From the NCBI GenBank assembly GCA_963745035.1, contig CAVUVW010000013.1, positions 1,568,001 through 1,632,000 on the forward strand: 64,000 bases of DNA, written 5' to 3'. The translations under genes and the position numbers were made by a program. The notes beneath the pieces were generated by a model, which saw only the letters and a list, made by a program, of their open reading frames with translations, was not told the DNA's origin and made no database searches. The first letter of the stretch is position 1, and the number at the start of each line of letters is the position of its first letter. Of this stretch, positions 55,858 through 64,000 are shown in pieces. This DNA is from an uncultured delta proteobacterium (GTDB lineage Bacteria > Desulfobacterota > Binatia > UBA9968).

Positions 55858-55892
55858 TATATCGGTGTACGATATAATCGTAGTCCGATATA
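55858..55892 (+). promoter_or_regulatory. tandem palindromic operator overlapping TATAAT
   Basis: TATATCG-N5-CGATATA (55858-55876) and ATAATCG-N5-CGATATA (55874-55892); TATAAT at 55873-55878. Confidence 0.75.
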
Positions 55893-55897
55893 AAACC

Positions 55898-56386
55898 ATG
55901 GCCAAAAAGGCTTATTCCCCGGATTTTAGAGCGATGGCGGAATTGCGCTATCAAATCCGCTGTTTTCTTCGCTTCAGCGAAACCGCCGCGCGCCAAGCGG
56001 GTATCGAACCACAGCAGCACCAGCTTTTGCTTGCGGTTCGCGGTCTTCCTGAAAAGCTCAAGCCGACCATCGGCATATTGGCGGAACGCATGCAGTTGCA
56101 GCATCACAGCACCGTCGAGCTGATCGATCGCCTGGTCGAACGAGGGTTCCTTTGCCGGCTGCGCGCGACCGATGATCGGCGGCAGGTTCTGGTCAAGCTG
56201 ACCCATGAAGGCGAGAAATTCCTGAAAACCCTCTCGCTGCATCACCTTCAGGAACTGCAATCCACCGGCCCCAAGTTCGTCAAGATCCTGCAGGATCTCC
56301 TGGACAACACAAAAGCATTGGAAGAACCCGGAATAACTGAGCCAGAAATTCGCCAAAAACGAAGAAAGGACACGCGCCATGGCTAA
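55898..56386 (+). CDS. MarR-family transcriptional regulator
   Basis: PQQHQLLLA, HHSTVELIDRLVERG and DRRQVLVKLT. Confidence 0.92.
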   Translation: MAKKAYSPDFRAMAELRYQIRCFLRFSETAARQAGIEPQQHQLLLAVRGLPEKLKPTIGILAERMQLQHHSTVELIDRLVERGFLCRLRATDDRRQVLVKLTHEGEKFLKTLSLHHLQELQSTGPKFVKILQDLLDNTKALEEPGITEPEIRQKRRKDTRHG

Positions 56387-57230
56387 TCAAAACGAATCCA
56401 CTGAAGAGCTACTTTTAGATGTCCGAGTCGCAGAAGCTTCGCGCCTCTACAAATTTTATCTCAACCAGGAGAAAAAAATCCTCGGCTCCGCCGCGGTCAT
56501 CATCTTCCTGACCATTTGGGAGCTGGTCGGCAACGTCTTCCAGTTGATCAATCCGATGTTCATGAGCGCGCCGTCGCTCATCTGGAAAGCCGCTGTTCAG
56601 CTTTTTGGCTCGGGTGAAATCTACAATGATCTGTACATTAGCGGCATAGAACTTTTCTGGGGCTATTTCCTCTCCGCCGCGGTCGCCATCCCCTTTGGCA
56701 TCGCGATCGGCTGGTACAAGAAGATCGCCTACGTATTCGACCCCTTCGTCAACGCGATGAACGCCACCCCGCGCGTGGCGCTGCTGCCTTTGGTCATCAT
56801 CTGGCTCGGCATCGGCATACTCTCCAAAGTCGGCATCATCTTCCTTGGCGCCGTTTTTCCGATCTTGATCAACACCCGCGATGGCGTGAAGACCACGCCG
56901 GTCAATCTTCTGACCGCCGCCAAAAGCTTTGGCGCTTCGGAGTGGATGCTCTTTAAAACCGTCGTGCTGCCTTCGACCATTCCCTTCATTTTGACCGGAT
57001 TGAGACTGGGCCTTGGCAGAGCGATCGTCGGCGTCATGGTCGGCGAACTCTATGCCGCGACCGCGGGCATCGGGTTCATGATCACGGTTGCCGGCGCGAC
57101 CTTCCAAACCGACAAGGTCTTCGTCGGAGTCCTCGTTTTCGCACTCACCGGTATGATCGGCACCGAGATGATCACCCGGGTGGAGAGGCGGTTTGATAAG
57201 TGGCGCCCCAAAGTCGGAGCCGCGGAATAA
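56379..57230 (+). CDS. ABC permease, SsuC/TauC-like (orphan)
   Basis: NATPRVALLPL, SFGAS and GVMVGEL; overlaps the MarR stop. Confidence 0.92.
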   Translation: MANQNESTEELLLDVRVAEASRLYKFYLNQEKKILGSAAVIIFLTIWELVGNVFQLINPMFMSAPSLIWKAAVQLFGSGEIYNDLYISGIELFWGYFLSAAVAIPFGIAIGWYKKIAYVFDPFVNAMNATPRVALLPLVIIWLGIGILSKVGIIFLGAVFPILINTRDGVKTTPVNLLTAAKSFGASEWMLFKTVVLPSTIPFILTGLRLGLGRAIVGVMVGELYAATAGIGFMITVAGATFQTDKVFVGVLVFALTGMIGTEMITRVERRFDKWRPKVGAAE

Positions 57231-57261
57231 GCGCGGACTTTTCCTTCAAGCCAGTTTCCAG

Positions 57262-57297
57262 AACGGCCCACGCATAAGCGTGGGCCGTTTTTATTTT
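57262..57297 (+). terminator. intrinsic terminator
   Basis: AACGGCCCACGC-ATAA-GCGTGGGCCGTT followed by TTTATTTT. Confidence 0.88.
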
Positions 57298-57401
57298 GGG
57301 CGATGGTGCTTGGCTGAGTCCACGCTCAGGCTATTTGCGTAACCTCTTGCTCTTCGATACCGGCAGTCCTACATTGGGCTAGCTTGTGGGAGGAGGGCTT
57401 C

Positions 57402-58001
57402 ATGCGCACACATGGAATGAAATCACTTCGATACCCGTGCATCGTTCTGGCGGCGCTGCTGGCGCTTTCGGGCTGCGGCTACAACAGTCTCCAAGGCCTG
57501 GACGAACAGGTCAAAGGCGCCTGGGGCGAGGTGCAGAATCAGTATCAACGGCGCGCGGATCTGATACCGAATCTGGTGGCTACAGTAAAGGGAGCCGCCA
57601 ACTTCGAACAGGAAACGCTGCAAAAAGTGATCGAAGCTCGCGCGGCCGCGACATCCGTTAAGGTCGATGCCAACGCATTGAATAATCCGGAAACTTTCAA
57701 AAAATTCGAGCAGGCTCAAAGCCAGCTTTCCAGCGCGCTCTCGCGTCTCTTGGTCGTCGTCGAAAAATACCCCGATCTCAAAGCCAACCAAAACTTTCAG
57801 AACTTGCAAGCGCAACTCGAAGGCACCGAAAACCGCATCACGGTAGCGCGCAAACGCTACGTCGAAACCGTCACCACCTACAACACCGCCGTGCGCTCGT
57901 TTCCGGAGAATCTGACAGCCAAGTATCTTCTCGGCCTCGAGGTTCGGCCGACCTTCACCGCCGATGAGGGGACCCAGAAACCGCCTGCGGTGAAATTTTA
58001 A
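57402..58001 (+). CDS. lemA: LemA-family lipoprotein
   Basis: Lipobox LSGC, YQRRADLIPNLV, YPDLKAN and EGTENRI; AGGAGG RBS. Confidence 0.95.
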   Translation: MRTHGMKSLRYPCIVLAALLALSGCGYNSLQGLDEQVKGAWGEVQNQYQRRADLIPNLVATVKGAANFEQETLQKVIEARAAATSVKVDANALNNPETFKKFEQAQSQLSSALSRLLVVVEKYPDLKANQNFQNLQAQLEGTENRITVARKRYVETVTTYNTAVRSFPENLTAKYLLGLEVRPTFTADEGTQKPPAVKF

Positions 58002-58014
58002 GGCCATAGAGAAA

Positions 58015-58843
58015 TTGCCGTTCTTTCCGACACTATCCGGACAAGCTGCCGTGAAACGGCAGCTTCGTCGGCCCTTTCTTGCCACCATTGTTTCCATCTT
58101 CCTTGCCGCGGCGCTGGCTTCGGCCCTCGACGTCCCTCCGCTCCGTGGGCGCGTAAATGACTACGCGGGGGTCATGAGCCAGGATCAAGCACGCTCCTTG
58201 GAATCGCAGCTCGCTCAATTTGAGCAAGAGACCGGTCATCAGGTAGCTGTGCTCACGATTCCGACTTTGGATGGTGAGGATATCGAAGGTTTCAGTATCC
58301 GCGTAGCCGAAAGTTGGAAAATCGGCAAGAAGGGCTTCGACAACGGGGTGATCCTCGTGGTTGCCGTCAAGGACCGTAGGCTGCGCCTGGAAGTCGGCTA
58401 TGGGCTTGAAGGGGTGCTGCCGGATGCGATCGCCAAAACCATCACGAGTAACTACATCGTGCCAAGCTTTCGCTCCCAGGATTACGCGGGAGGCATCATC
58501 GCGGGCATCGACGCCGTTTTGAAAGTAATCAAGAAAGAACCCTTGCCGGAATCCGCGCGCCGAAACGATGAAAATCAGGGAGCCGGAGCTCAATGACTTC
58601 GCCATGTTCGTCATTACCTTGGCGCTATTCGCCCTTATGGCATATGCCTCCACGGCCAGGCAGCAAAGAAACAGCATGTGGGGAAGGCGCAGCGGGCGCG
58701 GCGGGCCGATCATATTTGGTCCCGGCGGTTTCGGCGGCGGGGGTTATTCCGGAGGAGGCGGTTTTGGCGGCGGATCCGACGGCGGTGGTTTTAGCGGCGG
58801 CGGGGGCAGTTTCGGCGGCGGCGGCGCCTCGGATAGTTGGTAA
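58015..58843 (+). CDS. TPM-domain protein with Gly-rich tail (frameshift ~58590)
   Basis: GRVNDYA, DNGVIL and LEVGYGLEG; tail GGGGSFGGGGASDSW. Confidence 0.88.
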
Positions 58844-58845
58844 TT

Positions 58846-59479
58846 ATGAACGCCGATAAATTTTTTACTGAAGCCGAAAAAGAGCGCATCAGCAGGCTGT
58901 CATTGCGTCGCGGAGTTCAAAACTGCCGGCGAGATCGTGCCTATGATCGTCGACTTCATCGGCGCGCTACACGGAAGATCGAACTCCTCGGGCTGGTTGC
59001 TGGGCTTATTCGTCGGAATCATCATCGAATGGTTCTGGAGCGACCCGTGGGGATCGGAATATCTGAAATCTCTGGCCCGTCATCGGCGCTTTCGTGGGTT
59101 TTTTTGTCGGCCGTATGCCGAGTCTGTCAAGCGGCTAGTCGCGTCGAAGAATCGCATTGGCGAAGCCGTTCATATTTTCGCGCTCGCCTCCTTCAGCGAG
59201 CATGGACTGCACTACACCCGGGAACACACGGGCATTCTCATTCTCGTCTCCTTGCTAGAGCATCGCGTAGAAGTACTCGCCGACCGCGGCATCAACGCGA
59301 AAGTGGAAAAGGGGCACTTGGGATGAGATCGTCCACATCCTGACAGCGGGCTTGAAATCGGGGCAGGCCTGCGATGCCTTCTGCAAAGCGATCGAGCGCT
59401 GCGGCGAAATCCTCGCCGCGCATTTCCCCGCGCGGCGGATGATAAAGACGAATTGCCCAATCGTCTCGTCACCAGGTAG
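58846..59479 (+). CDS. second TPM-domain membrane protein (multiple frameshifts)
   Basis: FFTEAEKERI, GLHYTREHTGILILVSLLEHRVEVLADRGI and ELPNRL; typical lemA-TPM-TPM operon. Confidence 0.8.
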
Positions 59480-59532
59480 CCGGCGGTTCAGCCGGCTTCG
59501 CCCAACTTCGCTCAGGAATGAACAAGCCGACG

Positions 59533-59740
59533 ATCGGCGCGCAAGCGCACCCTACGAAAATTACGAAAACCTTCGTGCGCTTCGGCCTTCCTTCGAAAAA
59601 GCGGCGCTATTAGAACCACGCAGTTGAAGAAAGATCTCTCACTTCGTTCGAGATGACAGATGCGTTTATCTTATTGTCATTCGAGGAATCTTTCCCCGAG
59701 CGTTTTCAACGTCTGTATCATGAATCACTTCGTGGTGAAC
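59533..59740. repeat. mosaic of REP-like elements
   Basis: Minus-strand GTAGGGTGCGCTTGCGCGCC (59536-59555), AGATCTCTCACTTCGTTCGAGATGACA (59632-59658), TGTCATTCGAGGAATCT (59675-59691) and CTTCGTG motifs. Confidence 0.65.
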
Positions 59741-59787
59741 TGTCCGTTTCTGCCTTCTTCTAGGATGTGGCTGTCTTGACGGTTAAA

Positions 59788-61845
59788 TCACTTCCGTACC
59801 AGCCGCACGTCCACGGCTGCGACGCCTTTGCCTTTCTCCCGAACCATCAGCGGATTGATTTCCATGTCGGAGAGATGCTCGCGATACGCCGAGAAAATCA
59901 TCCGATAGACCAACCATGGCTTTCACCAACGCGTCGATGTCGCGCGGTCCCTGGCCGCGCACGCCCTCGAGTACTTTGTAGCCGCGCAGTTCCTTGAGCA
60001 TCTCGCGCGCTTCGCGCTCGTCCACCGGCAGCAAGCGAATCGAGACGTCTTTTAAAACTTCGACCAGGATGCCGCCTAGTCCCACCATGAGAAACGGTCC
60101 GTACTGCGGATCGGTGCGCGCGCCGATCAGGACTTCAGTACCTTGTACCATCTCTTGAATCAGCAGGTGCCCGCGCCCAGCGTCTTGGTCAGAAGCTTTT
60201 GTCCCTCTGCCTGAACTTCTTCCGCGCTCTTCAACCCGAGCACTACCGCGCCGGACTCGGTCTTATGCACCACCTCCGCTGCGATCAGTTTCACCGCTAC
60301 AGGAAACCCGATTTCCTTGGCCTTCACCGCCGCATCCGCCGCTGTTCCGGCCATCGCTTGTTTGGGCAGGCCAATGCCGTGCCGCCGCAGCAGAGCATCC
60401 AAGTTCTCACCGGCGAGATCGGCGGCATTGCCGGTTGCGGCAGTGAGTTTCGGCACGCCGCGCTGCTTTCGTTCGCCATAGAGCCCCAATCCGGCGAGCG
60501 CGCGCAAGGTCGGCTTGATCGCCTGCAAAAATGGCATGCCCGCTTCTTCCTGGAAAGCACGGCTCTCATCCAAGCAACTATAAGTCGAGCGGCCGAACGC
60601 GAGCACGGGTTTATCAGTGGCCGCCGCTGCGCTCTTGAACAGCTCGGCGCTCCTTTTTTGCCCGCGCGGCAGCTCGCCGTGAATCGCGAGCAGATCGACG
60701 TTGGGGTCTTCGGCGTGCAGCTTGACGATGTTGATGAATCCCGCCTCGTCGCCGAAACCGGCCACGCCGCATTCGAGCGGATTCTCTACCGCCAATTCCG
60801 CTGGAATCAGCGGCCGCACCGCTTCCTTTGTCTTGTCGCTGAGCTGCGCCAAATTGGTTTTCAGCTCGTCGCAATGATCGCAGATGAGCCCTTTCATACC
60901 GCCGGAGTTGACGACGATCGCCGCGCGGCTGCCTTTGGGGAACCGTCCAGGCATGAATGCAAGTGTGGTTTCGGTCATATCTTCCAGGGTCGGGCAGCGA
61001 ATCAAACCGAGCCGGTGGCAAACGGCGTCGAAGACTTCATCGGCGCCGGCGAGCGAGCCGGTGTGCGAGATCGCCTGGCGCTTCCCCATCTCGGAGCGCC
61101 CGAGCTTGACGACGAGGATCGGCTTTCCTTTGCTAAGCGCCTGCTCGGCCACGGCCATGAATTCGACGGGCCGGCGGATGCCCTCGACCATGAGGGTGAT
61201 CACTTTGGTGTCGGGGTCATCGACGAGGAAGGAAAGATAATCGACCAGATCGAGGCTCACTTCGTTGCCACTGGAGACCGCATAGCTGAAGCCGATGCCG
61301 CGCTCAGTCGCGCCCTTGATCCAATTGCCGAGCGAGCCGCCGCTTTGAAAAATCAAACCCACCGGACCTTTTTTGAGCAGCGGCGTCGCCGTGGGAAACG
61401 TCCACAAGCCTTCGTCGACCGAGTACGAGCCCATGCAGTTCGGCCCGCAGATCACCATGCCCGTGCGCTCGCAGAGATCCTTCATCGCCTGCGCGCGCTC
61501 TTTTCCCTTTTCGTCGTCGCCCTCGCCGAAACCCGCGGTATAGATCGTCGCCGCCTTGGTGCCGAGCTTCGCGGCGTCTTCGAGAACGCCGAGAACCGCG
61601 CGGGTAGGAATAAGGATCAGCAACTCTTCGGGCACTTCCGGCAAATCCGCTAGACTCGGATAGCATTTATCGCCGTAAAGCTCCTGGTAGTTCGGATTGA
61701 TGAGATACACTCCACCGGGAAATTTCGCGCCCTTGAGATTGCGGTAGATGCCCTGTGGCCACGCGCCTTTTTGCGAAGCGCCAATGATCGCGACGGATTT
61801 TGCGCGCAGGAGATTGCCTACCGGCTTGGCCGTAAAACTTGTCAT
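59788..61845 (-). CDS. acetate/acyl-CoA ligase (ADP-forming) family protein (frameshifts ~60165, ~59900)
   Basis: AIIGAS, GPNCMG, SHTGSLAG, HKTESGAV and DPQYGP. Confidence 0.9.
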
Positions 61846-61913
61846 GGGATTTCCTTCCGATCTGGAATTGTTTTTCCTATTGCACAGAGAACACGGGACT
61901 GCAAGGTAAAGAA

Positions 61914-62019
61914 CCGTAGCCAGTCGTCAGTAACCAGTTGGCAGCCTAACGACCGTCAAATTCATGCCATTCCCAGTCTTGTTCGAAGCTGGAAACTGAC
62001 AACTGATTACTGGAAGCTG
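61914..62019. repeat. inverted heptamer tandem repeat (CAGTnnn / CTGnnnn)
   Basis: CAGTCGT CAGTAAC CAGTTGG CAG ... CTGGAAA CTGACAA CTGATTA CTGGAAG CTG. Confidence 0.7.
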
Positions 62020-62021
62020 TT

Positions 62022-63095
62022 TTACGAAAAGACGTGCCAGCGATGCGCGGGAAGGTCTACGGCTGCGTTTTGTCCGACCGTGAGCGGCGTATCGCCGGCA
62101 AGCTTGGCGAGCAAGGTCACGCCGTTCACTTCGACCTCGAGCAACGCGGCGTCGCCGAGATAGTTGCGGCTCGCCACTTTGCCGGTGGTCGCGGCCCCAC
62201 CGTGATTTGCCGGCGGCGACACCTCTACATGTTCGGGACGGATCGCCAATGTAACCTGTGCGCCGGTTGTTACGCCGTTCGGCACCGGCGCGGCGACCAG
62301 ACCGAGAGGCGAATCCACTTTTCCCGGACCCGCTACTTTGCCCTTGACGAAATTCATCTCGCCGACGAATTGCGCGACGAAGAGATTAGCCGGTTTCGCG
62401 TACACGTCATGCGGCGACGCGATCTGCAGGATTTCGCCCAAGTTCATGACGCAGACTTTGTCGCCAAGGCTCAGGGCTTCCGCTTGATCGTGGGTGACAT
62501 AGAGAGTGGTCACGCCGATGGATTTGGTGATCTTGCGCAATTCCACGCGCATCTGCTCGCGCAAGCGCGCGTCCAGATTGCTGAGCGGCTCGTCCATCAA
62601 CAGCACCTTCGAATCGGTCACGATGGCGCGCGCCATCGCGACGCGCTGCTGCTGTCCGCCGCTCAAGTCAGTCGCCGGCCTGTCTTCGAGCCCATCGAGT
62701 TGAACGCGCTTGAGCGCCGCGCGCACGCGATCGCCGACCATCGACTTCGCGACCCGCTTCTGTCCCTGGGTTAGCGGGAACGCGACGTTCTGGAAAACGT
62801 TCATGTGCGGCCAGATGGCGTAGGACTGAAAAACCATGCCGATCTCGCGCTTTTCGGCCGGAATAAAGATCCGCGACGCGGGACAATTCACCAGTCGACC
62901 GCTGATTTCGATTTCGCCGTCGTCGGGTCTCTCCAAGCCGGCGACGCACCTAAGGGTTGTCGTCTTGCCGCAGCCGCTCGGACCGAGCAGCACGCAAAAA
63001 TCCCCCTCGGAGACTTCGAGATCGATATCGCGCAGCGCATTAACGACGCCCTGCTGGGCCTGAAAGGTCTTGCGCAGCTTTCTGATATTAATCAA
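62022..63095 (-). CDS. ABC ATP-binding protein, FbpC/PotA-like
   Basis: GPSGCGKTT, FQSYAIWPHM, LSGGQQQR and a TOBE domain. Confidence 0.93.
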   Translation of the reverse strand: MINIRKLRKTFQAQQGVVNALRDIDLEVSEGDFCVLLGPSGCGKTTTLRCVAGLERPDDGEIEISGRLVNCPASRIFIPAEKREIGMVFQSYAIWPHMNVFQNVAFPLTQGQKRVAKSMVGDRVRAALKRVQLDGLEDRPATDLSGGQQQRVAMARAIVTDSKVLLMDEPLSNLDARLREQMRVELRKITKSIGVTTLYVTHDQAEALSLGDKVCVMNLGEILQIASPHDVYAKPANLFVAQFVGEMNFVKGKVAGPGKVDSPLGLVAAPVPNGVTTGAQVTLAIRPEHVEVSPPANHGGAATTGKVASRNYLGDAALLEVEVNGVTLLAKLAGDTPLTVGQNAAVDLPAHRWHVFS

Positions 63096-63110
63096 AGCAC
63101 GAAACTCCTC

Positions 63111-63181
63111 GGAGCACTGGAGTGCTGGAGTATTGGAGTCCTGGGCCCATCACTCCACCCCTCCATCACTCCAACAATCCA
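63111..63181. repeat. inverted octamer tandem repeat (GGAGTnnT x4 / CCAnCnnT x4)
   Basis: GGAGCACT GGAGTGCT GGAGTATT GGAGTCCT GG ... CCATCACT CCACCCCT CCATCACT CCAACAAT CCA. Confidence 0.85.
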
Positions 63182-63186
63182 TTTTC

Positions 63187-64000
63187 TTAACTCGCCGAAC
63201 CGATCTCGCCGATGCGTGAAAGCGCAAAGCGCACGGTGCCTACGACAATCGTCGCGAACAGGATCAGGATAACTCCTAGGGCCGAGACCTGGGGAACCCA
63301 GCCGCTGCCCCAAAACTGCCACACTACCGTAGAGATCACCACGTTGCTGCGCGTCAGCAGAGTCAGCGACATCGTCACCTCGCGATAGGACAGCATGCCG
63401 ATCCAGATCCAACTATTGAGGACTCCGGCGGCGATCAGCGGCAAGATGATTTTCCCAAGAACCCGTGGCGCCGAGGCGCCGGAAACTCGACCGGCTTCTT
63501 CCAATTCGCGATGGACTTGGATCATGACGCTGTTGGTCGTGCGCGTGCCGTAGGCGATCCAATTGATGGTATGCGCGAGTACGATAATCGCGACAGTTCC
63601 GTACAGCGGAAAATAATCGCGGTAGGCGAGCCCAAGATAAGCCAACCCGACGGCCATGAGAATGCCGGGCACGGCATGCGGTATGAAAACCAAGGTATCG
63701 AGAAATCCCCGGAAAGATACCTGAGTTCGAATCACGATCCACGACACCAGCACGCTCAGGATCATGGTGATCGTGGGCACGCAAAACATAAGAATCAGCG
63801 TATTGATGAACGGCCGGGCGCCGACGTGATTGGGCATCTCGATGTAGTGCTTGAACGTCAGCGACGAAAGGGCCTCAGCCGACGGTAGCTGTAAATAGGG
63901 CAGCAAGGAGGCCCATAGAAGCACGCTGAACGGAACGAAAACTTCGATCGACAGATAAGAGAAAACGAAAGCGAGCGCAGCCCACTTCCAGCGTCCGAGG
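63187..64000 (-). CDS. iron(III)/FbpB-type ABC permease, 3' part
   Basis: PHAVPG and ELEEAGRVSGA (EAA motif); runs off the window. Confidence 0.9.
   Translation of the reverse strand, partial: LGRWKWAALAFVFSYLSIEVFVPFSVLLWASLLPYLQLPSAEALSSLTFKHYIEMPNHVGARPFINTLILMFCVPTITMILSVLVSWIVIRTQVSFRGFLDTLVFIPHAVPGILMAVGLAYLGLAYRDYFPLYGTVAIIVLAHTINWIAYGTRTTNSVMIQVHRELEEAGRVSGASAPRVLGKIILPLIAAGVLNSWIWIGMLSYREVTMSLTLLTRSNVVISTVVWQFWGSGWVPQVSALGVILILFATIVVGTVRFALSRIGEIGSAS

Noticed and set aside
58700-58835. GGC-rich repeat
   Set aside because: It encodes the normal Gly-rich tail of TPM proteins.
63111-63181. CRISPR array in the short-repeat tracts
   Set aside because: Units are 7-8 bp with no unique spacers, and there are no cas genes.

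Overview
High-GC bacterial chromosomal segment, mostly housekeeping and transport genes. The gene content (orphan NMT1/SsuA-type binding proteins, a lone xanthine-dehydrogenase-family large subunit, an F420-type LLM oxidoreductase, rplU-rpmA-obgE-proB-proA-nadD-rsfS-gpmI synteny) suggests a Deltaproteobacteria-like organism such as Ca. Binatia; this is an inference. About 55 CDSs and one tRNA-Asn(GTT) are supported. More than a dozen genes carry small frameshifts, mostly in homopolymers and clustered at 5.4-10.7 kb and 58.5-60.2 kb, which looks like long-read error. I found no CRISPR array, rRNA, integrase or transposase. The less ordinary observations are: (1) 7-8-mer tandem-repeat elements, often inverted, at gene junctions, plus GTAG-, TGTC- and CCCCTCT-type REP mosaics; (2) a transglutaminase-like/ABC/esterase operon; (3) a class IV aminotransferase resembling plant D-amino-acid transaminase; (4) two paralogous Fis-HTH/NtrC-tail segments flanking a USP-like gene in an AT-richer left end; (5) a TIR-domain remnant abutting metH; (6) readable operators for a SahR-like regulator and for a MarR coupled to an orphan permease; (7) two small ORFs missed by the ORF track. 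No complete, clearly novel system could be established from sequence alone.
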